Part shown: positions 1 to 12,067 of the stretch, one piece after another
Layout: each line of letters opens with the position of its first letter
Numbering within the stretch: position 1 is the first letter of the stretch
NCBI GenBank assembly: GCA_963827235.1
Contig: CAWHAE010000016.1
Location: 576,001-640,000 of the forward strand
Reading direction: 5' to 3'
DNA: 64,000 nucleotides
Source of the DNA: an uncultured bacterium
GTDB taxonomy: Bacteria; Chloroflexota; UBA5177; JANWHV01
Translations under genes and position numbers: made by a program
The notes under the pieces: model-generated
What the model was told of the DNA's origin: nothing
Seen by the model: only the letters and a program-made list of their open reading frames with translations
The model's database searches: none

Positions 1-378
1 GCACCGCCGGGGACAAGGCCGAGCGCGGTGGCTTCATCGTCTTCCGCTCCGCCTTCTACAAACTCCACCAGACGAGCCGAGGGCCGCTTTCCCTGCGCCT
101 CGACCCAGGCCGAGAAGCTCGATCAGCTCGCTCAGCGGCTGGGTCATATGGCGGCCACGCACGGCGAGTGGCTTCCCGCGGGACCCGGAGATGGTGCCAT
201 CCGCGCGCAAGGCGGCCAATGCCTGGCGAACCGTGCCTCGAGCTACACCATACCGGCGGACCAGATCGTGCTCAGATGGCAGAAGCTGCCCCGGCACCAG
301 ATCGCCGCACGCTATCTCCTGCCGGATGTCGTCGGCGATGCGGCGATAGAGCGGCTTCGACGGCGCTTCGCCCGGCAT
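1..378 (-). CDS. GntR family (HutC/UTRA subfamily) transcriptional regulator, runs off window; apparent +1 frameshift near 120
   Basis: The wHTH reads PLYRRIADDIRQEIACGDLVPGQLLPSEHDLVRRYGVARGTVRQAL. SD GGAGAAGGAG precedes the ATG at 378. Removing one base at about 120 restores a UTRA-like continuation, LISFSAWVEAQGKRPSARLVEF. Confidence 0.85.
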
Positions 379-427
379 CGTCTCCTTCTCCGGCCGCCAG
401 GTGTCCGGCACGCACCCAACCCTCTCG

Positions 428-443
428 ACTTGTCTATACAAGC
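428..443. promoter_or_regulatory. HutC-type GntR operator (CTTGTATAGACAAG)
   Basis: Near-perfect palindrome ACTTGTCTATACAAGC with the GT-N-TA-N-AC core, about 50 bp upstream of the GntR start. Confidence 0.7.
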
Positions 444-550
444 AATTGTGCCGGTGCCCTGGTTGGGCTGTCAAGGGCCGGCGTGAGGCGCCAGGGTGAT
501 TGCGGGCGGCCTGTAACAGGCGTAGACTAGGCCCACGGTGCGGGAACAGA

Positions 551-2134
551 ATGATGGCGATGAACGACGAAGAGCTATCCGCCGGCCTAGCCGATAACGT
601 GCTGCAGGTGGTGGCGACCCTCGTGCCCGGCTGCTCGGCGGCTGCCGGCGTCATGTTGGCCGGCACGCACGCGATGCAGACGGTTGGAGCGATCGGCTCG
701 CGAGCGCGTCTCTTGCTCGAGGGCGGCGCCCTGGTGTCAGCGCGCCGTGCCATGAGCGAGCACGCCGCGCTGACCACGCAGTTCAGCGCGCCGGACGCCG
801 CGGGCGCTACGCTCATCTCGGTTCCGGTATTGGGTAGAAACCGCATTCCGCTCGGCGTGCTCCAGGTGTTGTGCGAAGCCGGGGGCGGCGAGCTCCGCCT
901 GCGGGGCACACTGGAAGCGCTTGCCGAGCTGATTGCCGACACCGTACACGATCACAAGCTCAACCTTGACCTGCAGCATAGCCTCAATCAACTCTTCCTC
1001 GTCTACGAGGTTGGGCGACTCTTCAATCTCTCCAGCAGCATGAACGAGGTGCTGCACGAGGTTCGCGTGCGGCTCTCCGGCACGATGAGCTTCCACCACT
1101 GCTGCATCCTGTTGCTCAACAATGAACAGTGCCTGGTGCCGGAAGCAGGAATCGGCATCGACGCGCAGTGGCTGGCGGAGGCCAAGCCAAGAGTGAGCCG
1201 AAGTGTCGCGGCGCTGGTGCTCGAATCCGGAGTAGCCGAACAGGTGACCGACCCCATCGAGCTGGCCGGGCTGGATACCCCGACGCTCGACACGGGATTG
1301 CCGCCGGGCAGTGTGCTCTGCGCTCCCATGACTACCAGGCTGGGGGTGATAGGCGTGTTCGAGCTGTACACGCCCGAACCCTACGCGTTCAGCAGGGACG
1401 AGAAGTTCCTGCTCTCGGTTCTCGCCTCCGAGCTCGCTACCGCCCTGGAGAATTCGCAACTCTACGTCAGTCTGCGCGAGAAGGAAGGAAGGCTGACCGT
1501 TCTGGCACACAAGCTCATTCATTCGCAAGAGGAAGAGCGAAAGCGCATCGCGCGCGACATGCACGACGGGCTGGCCCAGATGCTGGTCAGTGCCTACCAA
1601 TACCTGCAGGCGCATGCATACAGCGTGCCTGCCGGAGACGGAAGGGGATCGCTCGACGAGGGCCTGACCGCGCTGGCGGAGTGCATCGACGAATCTAGAA
1701 ACGTTATCTTCGATCTCAGGCCCTCTACGCTCGACGATTTTGGGCTCGTGCTCGCCTTGCGGCAGTTCCTGCAGAAGACGGAAGCCGAGACAGGTTGGTG
1801 CACCAAGCTGGATATCGAGGGTGCCATCGGGCCTATGCCGCCCGCCACGGAGACAGCCATCTACAGGCTAGTCAAGGAAGCGGTGACCAACGCGCGCAAG
1901 CACGCGGAGTCACCGTGCGTGCACGTCCGACTTACAGGACGCGCAGGGAACATCGTCATTCTCGTGCGGGACAAAGGCAAAGGCTTCGACGAGAAGGCGG
2001 TGCCGGCATTCAGCATCGGGCAGTTCGGCATCATGGGCATGCGCGAGCGCGCGTCATTGCTAAGCGGATCCTTCCACCTGAGAAGCAGGCCAGGCGCAGG
2101 CACAGTCATCCGGATCGTCTTACCATTGGAGTAG
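551..2134 (+). CDS. GAF-domain sensor histidine kinase (HisKA_3/NarX-like)
   Basis: H-box EERKRIARDMHDGLAQ, EAVTNARKHA, DKGKGF, FGIMGMRERA; GAF segment SVLCAPMTTRLGVIGVFELY; no TM helices seen. Confidence 0.9.
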   Translation: MMAMNDEELSAGLADNVLQVVATLVPGCSAAAGVMLAGTHAMQTVGAIGSRARLLLEGGALVSARRAMSEHAALTTQFSAPDAAGATLISVPVLGRNRIPLGVLQVLCEAGGGELRLRGTLEALAELIADTVHDHKLNLDLQHSLNQLFLVYEVGRLFNLSSSMNEVLHEVRVRLSGTMSFHHCCILLLNNEQCLVPEAGIGIDAQWLAEAKPRVSRSVAALVLESGVAEQVTDPIELAGLDTPTLDTGLPPGSVLCAPMTTRLGVIGVFELYTPEPYAFSRDEKFLLSVLASELATALENSQLYVSLREKEGRLTVLAHKLIHSQEEERKRIARDMHDGLAQMLVSAYQYLQAHAYSVPAGDGRGSLDEGLTALAECIDESRNVIFDLRPSTLDDFGLVLALRQFLQKTEAETGWCTKLDIEGAIGPMPPATETAIYRLVKEAVTNARKHAESPCVHVRLTGRAGNIVILVRDKGKGFDEKAVPAFSIGQFGIMGMRERASLLSGSFHLRSRPGAGTVIRIVLPLE

Positions 2135-2159
2135 CGACGAGCTCAGAAGGAGATCAATA

Positions 2160-2594
2160 ATGCAGCCACCACAGCCTGATGCGCCGCTGATCCTGGTGAC
2201 AGAGGACAACCCTCTGCATATGAAGATCTTCGTGCTCAACCTCACCTTCAAGGGGTATCGCGTGCTCGAAGCGGAAAACGGGCTGAAAGGTCTCGAGCTG
2301 GCGAAACGGGAGATACCGGACCTGATGTTGGTCGACCTCACCCTTCCCAAGATGGAAGGATGGGAGATGGTGCGCAGGATCAAGGCCGAGCCGGAGACCG
2401 AGAACATTCCCGTGATTGTGGTCTCGGCGCGCCGGCCCCAGGATGAAGAGCACGAGGCGCGAGAGCTCCGGATCAGTCACTACGTCTCCAAGCCATTCAA
2501 TCCCGAACACCTGATGGACCTGGTCGATCAAACGGTGGAGAAATCGCGGCGGACCGGAGAACCCGGTGTCGCCAAGCACACGGCAGAGTACTGA
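2160..2594 (+). CDS. single-domain response regulator (receiver only)
   Basis: ILVTEDN, DLMLVDLTLP, VVSA and SKPF motifs; SD AGGAG. Confidence 0.9.
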   Translation: MQPPQPDAPLILVTEDNPLHMKIFVLNLTFKGYRVLEAENGLKGLELAKREIPDLMLVDLTLPKMEGWEMVRRIKAEPETENIPVIVVSARRPQDEEHEARELRISHYVSKPFNPEHLMDLVDQTVEKSRRTGEPGVAKHTAEY

Positions 2595-2693
2595 CCGCTG
2601 TCGGAACACCAGCCTGCGTCCCCGCGACACCTCCCGGACCGCGCTATGCTCACTCGGCAGTGTCACCCGCCGCTCCGGGCGGGACGACGCTGC

Positions 2694-3452
2694 TCAGGTG
2701 GTGCCGCTGATCCGGCGCCGCACCTTCTGTAACGGGTTCACCACCAGCGCCTTGGCGCTCTGCCTGACGTAGTCGGGCAATGATATGCGAGGATGCGGCA
2801 GCGGCAGCTCGCCGGCCGTGGTCCTCTTGGCGGCAAGGCTCGAGCGAAAATCAGCGGCAGTGGAGCCATCGTATTCGGTGTAGGCCGTGCCGATGCGGCA
2901 CAGGAAGTGCGCGTCGCTGCCGCCTACCTCGGCCAGACCCCAGCCAGCGTTGAGGCGGGCCAGTTTCGCGCGGGTGATGCGCCCTGCCGGCGAGGGGTTA
3001 AGCGTCTCTACCGCTGCGAGGGGAAAGCCCGTGGCCAACAATCGCTCGATCTGCCGGCGACCCATGCTGGGCGTCAAGGGGCTCAAGGGATGGGGCGCAA
3101 TCACTACCCCTCCCTGGCGCAGAATTGCCTCGCAGGTATGCTCGAGCGATCGAAGGGCGGGAAGGCGCTCCTCGACAAAGAGAGCGAGCACGTGCACACC
3201 CCTGGCAGTCGTCACTTCCGTGCCCACGATCAGGTCGAAGTCGTAGTGGCCGCGGGCGTGCAGCTCTCGCGCAAGGAGGGCCCCGGCGACGCTGTCGTGA
3301 TCGGTGATCGCGATCAGGTCGAGTCCCTGCTGCTGAGCCATATCGAGCACCTGCTGGGGCGAGGAAAGACCATCGCTGAACGTGGTGTGCACGTGAATGT
3401 CGCCGCGACCTCGTTTCACGGGGACGGCTGGACGAACCTCGGTCTGGCTCAC
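2694..3452 (-). CDS. PHP-domain metal-dependent phosphoesterase
   Basis: DIHVHTTFSDG, ITDHD, APHP and GGSDAH motifs. Confidence 0.88.
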   Translation of the reverse strand: MSQTEVRPAVPVKRGRGDIHVHTTFSDGLSSPQQVLDMAQQQGLDLIAITDHDSVAGALLARELHARGHYDFDLIVGTEVTTARGVHVLALFVEERLPALRSLEHTCEAILRQGGVVIAPHPLSPLTPSMGRRQIERLLATGFPLAAVETLNPSPAGRITRAKLARLNAGWGLAEVGGSDAHFLCRIGTAYTEYDGSTAADFRSSLAAKRTTAGELPLPHPRISLPDYVRQSAKALVVNPLQKVRRRISGTT

Positions 3453-3509
3453 GCGGCTACGCCTCTCCGGCCGCCGGTAACCGCCGTTGATTGCCGGCGG
3501 TTTGGATGC

Positions 3510-4847
3510 TCAGCCTTCCAGCAACAGCGACAGCGGATCTTCAAGCAACTCCTTGACTCGAACCAGGAATCGCACGGCCTCGTTTCCGTCCACGATCCTG
3601 TGATCGTAGGAAAGCGCCAGGTACATCATAGGGCGCACGACCACCTGTCCGCCAACCACGACGGGCCGCTCCTCGATCTTGTGCATGCCGAGAATGCCGA
3701 CCTGAGGCGTGTTCAGGATGGGGGTCGAGAGCAGCGACCCAAAGACCCCGCCGTTCGTGATCGTGAACGTGCCACCCACCAGATCCGACAGACTCAGCGC
3801 ATTGCCGCGGGCGCGCGTCGCCAGATCGATGATCTCACGCTCGATATCGGCGAAGCTCTTCAGGTCGGCATCGCGCAGAACAGGCACGACCAAGCCTTCC
3901 GCAACCCCGACGGCTATGCCGATGTCGTAGTACGACTTCAACACGACGTCGTCGCCCTGTATCTCGGCGTTCAAATTGGGAAATGACCTCAGCGCGGCGA
4001 CCACCGCCTTGGTAAAGAAGCTCATGAACCCGAGGTTGACGCCGTGCACGGCCTTGAATGTCTCCTTGCGCCTGGCGCGGGCCTCCATGACGGCAGACAT
4101 GTCGACCTCGTTGAACGTGGTCAGCATGGCGGCCGTGTGCTGGGCTTCGAGCAGGCGCCTGGCGATGGTCTGCCGGCGCCGCGACATGCGCACTCGTTTC
4201 TCGCGCGCGGCGCGATCCGTGCTCGCCGCCGCCGGCTGCTGTGCCGCAACTGCCGGCTGCGCGATGCGCTCTTCCGGCGTCCTCGGCTGGACAGGCGGCA
4301 CTGGAGTCGCCAGGTTGGACGCATCCGCGGCGGGAGACACCGTCTCTGCGTGCCGGCCGCCGTTCATGGCGGCAGCCACGTCGTTCTTGGTGACCCGGCC
4401 GGCTATGCCGGTGCCGCGCACCGCGGCCAGGTCTACATTGCCCTCCTGAGCGATGCGGCGCGCCAGCGGCGTGGCCGGAACGCGGGCATCTGCCGCGCCG
4501 GATGGAGTCGCATCCGCGCCGGCACCCGGCGTCGCGACCGCGGCCTCGGGCGCGGCGTTCGTAGCTGCTACCGTGCCGCCGCCTGCCGGCAAAGACTGCG
4601 GGGACGATGCGGCCTCCGCCAGCGTGCCCAGCACGGTCCCGACGCCGACAGTCTCGCCCGCGGACTTCTGGATCTGTTCCAGCACTCCCGCGTGCTCCGC
4701 CGGCACTTCCAGGTTGACCTTCTCAGTCTCGAGCTCGACAATCGGCTCGCCGGGAACGATCGTATCTCCGACGCTCTTCAGCCATTTGCCGACCACCGCC
4801 TCCATGACGGACTCGCCCAGAACCGGCACCACGATCTCAACAGCCAT
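3510..4847 (-). CDS. sucB: 2-oxoglutarate dehydrogenase E2, dihydrolipoyllysine succinyltransferase
   Basis: Lipoyl motif [12 protein letters not shown]3-binding ATPLARRIA, catalytic [10 protein letters not shown]. Confidence 0.96.
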   Translation of the reverse strand: MAVEIVVPVLGESVMEAVVGKWLKSVGDTIVPGEPIVELETEKVNLEVPAEHAGVLEQIQKSAGETVGVGTVLGTLAEAASSPQSLPAGGGTVAATNAAPEAAVATPGAGADATPSGAADARVPATPLARRIAQEGNVDLAAVRGTGIAGRVTKNDVAAAMNGGRHAETVSPAADASNLATPVPPVQPRTPEERIAQPAVAAQQPAAASTDRAAREKRVRMSRRRQTIARRLLEAQHTAAMLTTFNEVDMSAVMEARARRKETFKAVHGVNLGFMSFFTKAVVAALRSFPNLNAEIQGDDVVLKSYYDIGIAVGVAEGLVVPVLRDADLKSFADIEREIIDLATRARGNALSLSDLVGGTFTITNGGVFGSLLSTPILNTPQVGILGMHKIEERPVVVGGQVVVRPMMYLALSYDHRIVDGNEAVRFLVRVKELLEDPLSLLLEG

Positions 4848-4860
4848 GTTGCAACGCTCC

Positions 4861-7689
4861 CTACGGCACGCTCAATTGGGACGCCGGGTCCTGCAATCCG
4901 CTGAAGGCTTCGGCCACGATCCTCGCTTGTTCGAGCTGGTGCACGATAGGCGAGCCTTCGGCAGGGCTGGCTCGCTCGGATCTTCCGACATAGTCCACGT
5001 GCACGTCGCGCTTCACAATCTCGCGCAACTGCGGCTGCATGTAGCCCCAGGCGCCCATGTTGCGCGGCTCCTCTTGCAGCCAGGTCACCTCGCGCGCCCG
5101 AGGATAGCTCGCCAGCACGTGGCTCAGCTCGGCCCGCGGGAAGGGATAGAGCAGCTCGACCCGCACCACCGCTGCGCGCTCAGCATCCGCCCTGGCCTGG
5201 CTCCCGGCCAGGTCCGCGTAGACCTTGCCGGTACACAGGATCACGCGCGTGACCTCCGCGGCCCGCGACCTGGCTCTCTCGTCGTCGATCACCGGCTGGA
5301 ACGAGCCGTCCGCCAGCTCTCTCAGCGTGCTGGACGCGATCGGATGCCGCAGCAAGCTCTTGGGAGCCATCAACACTAGTGGGCGGGGATCGACCTCGCG
5401 CAGCGCGACGTGCAGGCGCAGCAGGTGGAAGTATTGCGCGGCGGTCGTACAGTTGGCTACGCGAAGGTTATCGCTGGCGGATAGCTGCAGAAACCGCTCC
5501 AGGCGCCCGCTGGAATGCTCCGGTCCCATGCCCTCGTAGCCGTGCGGCAACAGCATGACCATCCATGGGTACTGGCGCCATTTTGCCCGAGCAGCGCTGA
5601 TGAACTGGTCGATGATCACCTGCGCGGCATTGGCGAAGTCACCGTATTGCGCTTCCCAGAGCAGCAATGCCCGCGAAGCCTGCCCGACGTATCCGTACTC
5701 GAATCCGAGTGCGGCGGACTCGGAGAGCGGGCTGTTATAGATGGCAAAGGATGCCTTTGCCTCCTTGAGCGAGTGCATGGGTATGTACCGCGCTCCGGTC
5801 ACCACGTCATGCCACACCATGTGCCGCTGGCTGAACGTTCCGCGCTCCGAATCCTGCCCAACCAAGCGAATCGGCGTGCCGTCCGCCAGTAGCGAAGCAA
5901 AAGCTAGAGACTCGGCGTGCGCCCAATCGATGCCTGCGCCGCCGGTGATCGCGTCGCGCCGTGTCTGCAGCATGCGCTCGAGCCGTGGATGCACCATGAA
6001 CCCCAACGGTCGAGCGAGCAGCTGGGTGTTGAACTCCGCCAACTGCTCCGCCGCGACCGGCAGGACGGTGACTTCGGCCCTCACGCGTACCGTCGGCTCT
6101 TCGCGCACCACGGGATCCTCGGCCACCGCGAGCAAGGACTGCAGCTCGGACAGCGCCGCCTGGAACAGCTCCTCCGCCTCGTCGGTGGACACGATGCCAT
6201 CGCGAACGAGCGCTCGGGCCCAGAGCTGCCGTACGCTTGGATGTTGCCGGATCCGCTCGTACATCAGGGGCTGCGTGAACGCCGGCTCGTCACCTTCGTT
6301 GTGTCCCCACCGCCGATAGCCGACCAGGTCGATCAGAAAGTCCTTCTTGAAGCGTCGCCTGTAGGCGCACGCGAGACCGGCGGCGGCCAGGCACGCTTCG
6401 ACGTCGTCGGCGTTGACGTGCACGATCGGTATCTCAAATCCCTTGGCCAGATCGCTGGCATAGAGGGTCGATCGAGCGTCCTGAGAGCCTGTCGTGAAGC
6501 CGAGCTGGTTATTGGCGATGATATGCACCGTGCCGCCCGTCCGGTAGCCGGCAAGTCGCGAGAGATTGAGTGTCTCAGCCACTATTCCTTCACCGGGAAA
6601 GGCAGCGTCACCATGAATGACGATCGAGAGCGCAGCGTCAAAGTCCTGGACCGGGAAACCGGGAGCATTTCGCCGTTCCTGCAGGGCCCGCGTCATGCCC
6701 TGGATGACGGGGTTGACGAATTCAAGGTGGCTCGGGTTCGGTGCCAGGGTCACGCGCACGTGCACCGACTCGCCTTCCGTCACCGTCGTCTGGTGGCCGA
6801 GGTGATAGCGCACGTCCCCGGTCCAACCGTAGTGGGCGAAGTGCTCGGTTGGGGAGGTCGTGGCGCTGCTCGTCACGCGGTGGAACTCGGACAAGATACG
6901 GGCGTACGGCTTGCCGAGCACATGCGCAAGCACGTTCAGGCGACCGCGGTGGGCCATGCCCATCACGACCTCGGTCGTGCCGTCCGCGGCCGCGTTGCGG
7001 ATGATCGTATCGAGCATCGGCACAAGCATGTCGATGCCTTCAATCGAGAAGCGTTTCTGACCCGGTAGAGCTCTGTGCAAGAAGGCTTCGAAGGCATCGA
7101 TCTCGGTCAACCTGTGCAGCAGCTCGAGGCGTGCCTGCGCGGCCAGCGGCTGCCTGAACCGCCCGGACTCGATGGCATCGCGAATCCAGCTCCGCTCGGT
7201 GTGATCCTGAATATGTGCGATATCATAGCCGGTCGTGCCGCAATACACCTCGCGCAGAGCGGCGATCACGTCGCCGGCATTGCGCGCGTTGGTCGAGACC
7301 GGACCTTTGATCACCGACGCCGGCATTTCGACCAGATCGGCAGGCTCGACGCCGGAGCCCTCCAGATCCATGGTGGGATCGCCGGGCGGCTCGCTCCCGA
7401 GTGGATCGAGATGGGCAGCCAGATGGCCGCGGCTGCGAATGGTACGCGCGACGTGGGAGAGGAGCGTGATGCGCGCGATATCGCGAGGGTCGGCGACGGA
7501 GAGCGTATGCCCGTTCGCTACAGCGTGCCCGTTGCCGCTGCCCGATTCCGCGGGCGCATCGAGCGGGCTCCAGTGCGCGAACAAGCTGCGATCGGCGCTG
7601 TCGACCGACGCCGGATCCGCCAGGTATCGCTCGTACAGCTCGAGCACGTAGCCCGCGTTTGGACCATGAAAAGACTCGAGTTTGTCCAC
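4861..7689 (-). CDS. sucA: 2-oxoglutarate dehydrogenase E1
   Basis: [57 protein letters not shown]; GTG start after GGAG. Confidence 0.96.
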   Translation of the reverse strand: MDKLESFHGPNAGYVLELYERYLADPASVDSADRSLFAHWSPLDAPAESGSGNGHAVANGHTLSVADPRDIARITLLSHVARTIRSRGHLAAHLDPLGSEPPGDPTMDLEGSGVEPADLVEMPASVIKGPVSTNARNAGDVIAALREVYCGTTGYDIAHIQDHTERSWIRDAIESGRFRQPLAAQARLELLHRLTEIDAFEAFLHRALPGQKRFSIEGIDMLVPMLDTIIRNAAADGTTEVVMGMAHRGRLNVLAHVLGKPYARILSEFHRVTSSATTSPTEHFAHYGWTGDVRYHLGHQTTVTEGESVHVRVTLAPNPSHLEFVNPVIQGMTRALQERRNAPGFPVQDFDAALSIVIHGDAAFPGEGIVAETLNLSRLAGYRTGGTVHIIANNQLGFTTGSQDARSTLYASDLAKGFEIPIVHVNADDVEACLAAAGLACAYRRRFKKDFLIDLVGYRRWGHNEGDEPAFTQPLMYERIRQHPSVRQLWARALVRDGIVSTDEAEELFQAALSELQSLLAVAEDPVVREEPTVRVRAEVTVLPVAAEQLAEFNTQLLARPLGFMVHPRLERMLQTRRDAITGGAGIDWAHAESLAFASLLADGTPIRLVGQDSERGTFSQRHMVWHDVVTGARYIPMHSLKEAKASFAIYNSPLSESAALGFEYGYVGQASRALLLWEAQYGDFANAAQVIIDQFISAARAKWRQYPWMVMLLPHGYEGMGPEHSSGRLERFLQLSASDNLRVANCTTAAQYFHLLRLHVALREVDPRPLVLMAPKSLLRHPIASSTLRELADGSFQPVIDDERARSRAAEVTRVILCTGKVYADLAGSQARADAERAAVVRVELLYPFPRAELSHVLASYPRAREVTWLQEEPRNMGAWGYMQPQLREIVKRDVHVDYVGRSERASPAEGSPIVHQLEQARIVAEAFSGLQDPASQLSVP

Positions 7690-7948
7690 GTTGTCTCCAC
7701 CGTTCTCGCGGGCGAGCCGATCGGCATACCGACGCCTGCGCAGGCCGTGATGCAACAACTATTCTAACAAGCATCATGCCACACAACCCGGATGTTTGGA
7801 GCCAGAGTTGCCGAGCGCCAGGTAAATGCTGCATCATGTCGTGTGGAGCCGGGGAGTCCGCCCATGCTCACTCATACGCGGAGCTCCCGGAAACCGGCTG
7901 GGTAGGCACGCGGCACCTGCATACCGCACGCCCTCCGATAACTGTTAA

Positions 7949-9001
<1,053 letters not shown>

Positions 9002-9043
9002 GCTCGGCCCTTCGTGTGCCACGAGTTCTGAAGGGAGTCTGTA

Positions 9044-10231
9044 ATGGCAAAGAAGAGCGTTCGCGACATCGAAGTCAGCGGTAAGCGCGTGCTCGTTCGT
9101 GCCGACCTCAACGCGCCTCAGCGCGAGGACGGCTCGGTCTCGGACGACACCCGCTTGCGGGCGTCGCGTCCTACGCTGCAATACCTTCGCACGCACGGCG
9201 CAAGCGTCGTCCTCATGTCCCACCTCGGCCGCCCAAAGGGCAAAGTCGACGAGCGGTATCGCATGGCACCGATCGCCGCCAAGCTCTCTGAGATCCTCGG
9301 CCAGGACGTGATCATGGCACCCGACTGCGTGGGACCGGAAGTGGAGGCTCTCGCCGCGAAGCTGGAGCCCGGCCAGATTCTCCTCCTGGAGAACCTGCGC
9401 TTCCATAAGGAGGAAGAGGCCAACGATCCGGTCTTCGCCCAGGCGCTGGCGAAGCTCGGTGACATTTATGTCAACGATGCGTTCGGCACTGCGCACCGCG
9501 CCCACGCGTCGACCGAAGGCGTGACCCACTATCTGCCGTCGGTGGCCGGCTTGCTCATGCAGAAGGAGCTCGACGCGCTGGGCAACCTGGTCGAGAATCC
9601 TGCGCGGCCGTTCGCTGCCATCATCGGCGGGGCCAAGGTCTCGTCGAAGCTGGCAGTGCTGAAGAACCTCCTGCAGAAGGTCGACGTCCTGGTAATTGGC
9701 GGCGGCATGGCGGGCACGTTCCTCAAGGCCAAGGGCCAGGAGATCGGCGAGTCGCTGCTCGAGGCCGACCTGATCGACGACGCCAGAGCAATCGAGTCAG
9801 CCGCCGCGGAACGGGGCGTGAAGTTCCTCCTGCCGGTGGACACGGTAATCGGCAACAAGTTTGCCGCCGATGCCGAGCGGAAAGTCGTGGCGGCCGGTCA
9901 GATACCGGCGGGCTGGCAGCAGCTTGACATCGGGCCACAGACGATCCAGCTCTTTGAAGAAGCCCTCGCTACGTGCAAGACCATCCTTTGGAACGGTCCT
10001 ATGGGCGTCTTCGAATTCGAGCCGTTTGCGGTCGGCACCAACGCCATCGCGTCGTTCCTGGCGCGCAGCAGCGCCGTGACCGTCGTCGGCGGTGGAGATT
10101 CGGTGGCTGCCCTCGAAGGCCAGGGCCTTGCCTCGAAGATGACTCACGTCTCGACGGGCGGCGGAGCCAGCCTGGAATTCCTTGAAGGCCGGGTCTTGCC
10201 CGGCGTGGCCGCCCTGGAGGATCACGCATGA
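9044..10231 (+). CDS. pgk: phosphoglycerate kinase
   Basis: SHLGRPKG, LENLRF, NDAFGTAHRAHAS, STGGGASLEFLEG. Confidence 0.98.
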   Translation: MAKKSVRDIEVSGKRVLVRADLNAPQREDGSVSDDTRLRASRPTLQYLRTHGASVVLMSHLGRPKGKVDERYRMAPIAAKLSEILGQDVIMAPDCVGPEVEALAAKLEPGQILLLENLRFHKEEEANDPVFAQALAKLGDIYVNDAFGTAHRAHASTEGVTHYLPSVAGLLMQKELDALGNLVENPARPFAAIIGGAKVSSKLAVLKNLLQKVDVLVIGGGMAGTFLKAKGQEIGESLLEADLIDDARAIESAAAERGVKFLLPVDTVIGNKFAADAERKVVAAGQIPAGWQQLDIGPQTIQLFEEALATCKTILWNGPMGVFEFEPFAVGTNAIASFLARSSAVTVVGGGDSVAALEGQGLASKMTHVSTGGGASLEFLEGRVLPGVAALEDHA

Positions 10232-10992
10232 GCGCATCTGCTCGGCGGCCAATCGTGGCTGCCAACTGGAAGATGAATACGACGCCGGCCGATGCCGGTA
10301 GCCTGGCAAAGAGCATCGTGGAGGCTACCGCGGCGACTCGTCAGGTGGAAGTGGTGATCTGCCCGCCCGCGATCTCGCTCATCGCCGTCCGCGACGCGGT
10401 CGGCGGCGTAGTCGGCGTGGGCGCGCAGAACATCCACTGGAAGGACTCCGGGGCGTTTACCGGTGAGGTGTCGGCGCCGATGCTCAAGGGCATCGCCACC
10501 CACACCATTATCGGCCACTCGGAGCGCCGGCAATACTTCGGCGAGACGGACGAGACCGTGCACGACAAGGTTCGTGCCGCGCTCTCGCACGGTATCACGC
10601 CGATCGTGTGCGTCGGCGAGACGCTCAAGCAGCGCGAGGCCGGTATCACCGCCGACCTGGTCGCTCTGCAGGTACGCGCCGCGCTGCACGGCATCACCTC
10701 CGAGGAGCTCTCCGGCATCGTCGTCGCCTATGAGCCCGTGTGGGCAATCGGCACCGGCCTCGCGGCCACCAGTGCCGACGCCAACGCGGTGGCGATCGAG
10801 ATACGAAATGTGCTTGCCGATCTGGGAGGCAGCGCCGCGGCCGAAGCCGTCCGGATTCAGTACGGCGGCAGCGTCACCGCGTCGAATGGCCCGGATTACC
10901 TGCAGCAGTCCGACATCGACGGCGCCCTCGTCGGCGGTGCCAGCCTCAAGCCTTTCGACTTCGCGGGTATTGTGAAGGCCGCTGCTCGATAG
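10228..10992 (+). CDS. tpiA: triosephosphate isomerase
   Basis: ANWKMN, GHSERR, AYEPVWAIGTG, YGGSV, LVGGASL; ATGA overlap with pgk. Confidence 0.98.
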   Translation: MSASARRPIVAANWKMNTTPADAGSLAKSIVEATAATRQVEVVICPPAISLIAVRDAVGGVVGVGAQNIHWKDSGAFTGEVSAPMLKGIATHTIIGHSERRQYFGETDETVHDKVRAALSHGITPIVCVGETLKQREAGITADLVALQVRAALHGITSEELSGIVVAYEPVWAIGTGLAATSADANAVAIEIRNVLADLGGSAAAEAVRIQYGGSVTASNGPDYLQQSDIDGALVGGASLKPFDFAGIVKAAAR

Positions 10993-11002
10993 GATCAACC
11001 AC

Positions 11003-11040
11003 GGTCACCGGCGTGGGGCATCAGCCCCACGCCGGTGACC
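11003..11040 (+). terminator. perfect 17-bp stem-loop after tpiA (terminator or mRNA-stabilising hairpin)
   Basis: GGTCACCGGCGTGGGGC-ATCA-GCCCCACGCCGGTGACC; no U-tract. Confidence 0.6.
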
Positions 11041-11060
11041 GCCATCCACAGGTGAGGTAC

Positions 11061-11885
11061 ATGACACCCGACTCCGCCCATGCGTCCGGCAGACGCGGCG
11101 ACGCAGCACCTCCCACACCTCGCGTGTCCGATGCCGCCGTGACGAGCGTAGCGATAGGTGCCGGCCTCCCGGCGCGGGACGGTGAGAACCGAGTGCTCGT
11201 CGGCGTGATCTGGGATCTGGACGGTACGCTGGCAGACACCGAGGAGGCGCATTTCCGGGCGTGGCAGGCCCTGTTCGCCAGACTTGAGCGCACGTTGAGT
11301 TGGGAAGAGTTCAAGCCAACCTTCGGCCTAGGCAACCCGGACATCCTGCGCCTGTTGATCGATGCCAACCTTGCCGACGACGACGTGCAACGTCTCAGCG
11401 ATGAAAAGGAAGCGCTGTTCCGCCAGTTCTCCGAGGACATCAAACCGATGCCGGGAGCGATCGAGCTCGCGCGGCACCTCCATCGCCTGGGTATCCCGCA
11501 GGCTATCGGCTCCTCGGCACCGCCGGAAAACATCCCGCACGTGCTGAACACGCTCGCCGTGTCCGACCTATTCGAGGCCACGGTCTCGCGCTGGGAGGTC
11601 GAGCAAGGCAAGCCGGCTCCCGATATCTTTCTCGTCGCCGCGCGCAAGATCGGCGTGCCGCCCGTCCAGTGCTTGGTCCTGGAGGACGCTCCTCCGGGCA
11701 TAGCCGCCGCACGCGCCGGTGGAATGCGGTGCGTGGCCCTGGTGGGCACATGGCCCGCGGACACCCTCACCAACGCCGACTACATGGTGCGCACGTTCGC
11801 CGACCTCGTCTGGGATCGCGAGACGTACGCGCGCTTTGCGTCGGGAAACTGGAATCCTCCCGACGACGTGCCGACCCAGTCCTGA
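11061..11885 (+). CDS. HAD-superfamily phosphatase (beta-phosphoglucomutase-like)
   Basis: WDLDGTLADT, GSSA, GKPAPDIF, VLEDAPPGI; start uncertain. Confidence 0.88.
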   Translation: MTPDSAHASGRRGDAAPPTPRVSDAAVTSVAIGAGLPARDGENRVLVGVIWDLDGTLADTEEAHFRAWQALFARLERTLSWEEFKPTFGLGNPDILRLLIDANLADDDVQRLSDEKEALFRQFSEDIKPMPGAIELARHLHRLGIPQAIGSSAPPENIPHVLNTLAVSDLFEATVSRWEVEQGKPAPDIFLVAARKIGVPPVQCLVLEDAPPGIAAARAGGMRCVALVGTWPADTLTNADYMVRTFADLVWDRETYARFASGNWNPPDDVPTQS

Positions 11886-12067
11886 TCAGAGTCGCCGCGC
11901 AGCGCGCCTGCTCCCGCGGATCCGACGACTGATTCCGACCACCACGCACGGCGCTTTGCAGGAGCGATGCCGTCGCCAACACACGTTCACGCTCAGGGCA
12001 AGCGACCAAGCCCACACCCACGCTCGTAAGTGCGCGACTCTGTAGTGATGACGGACGCCCTGACCGC

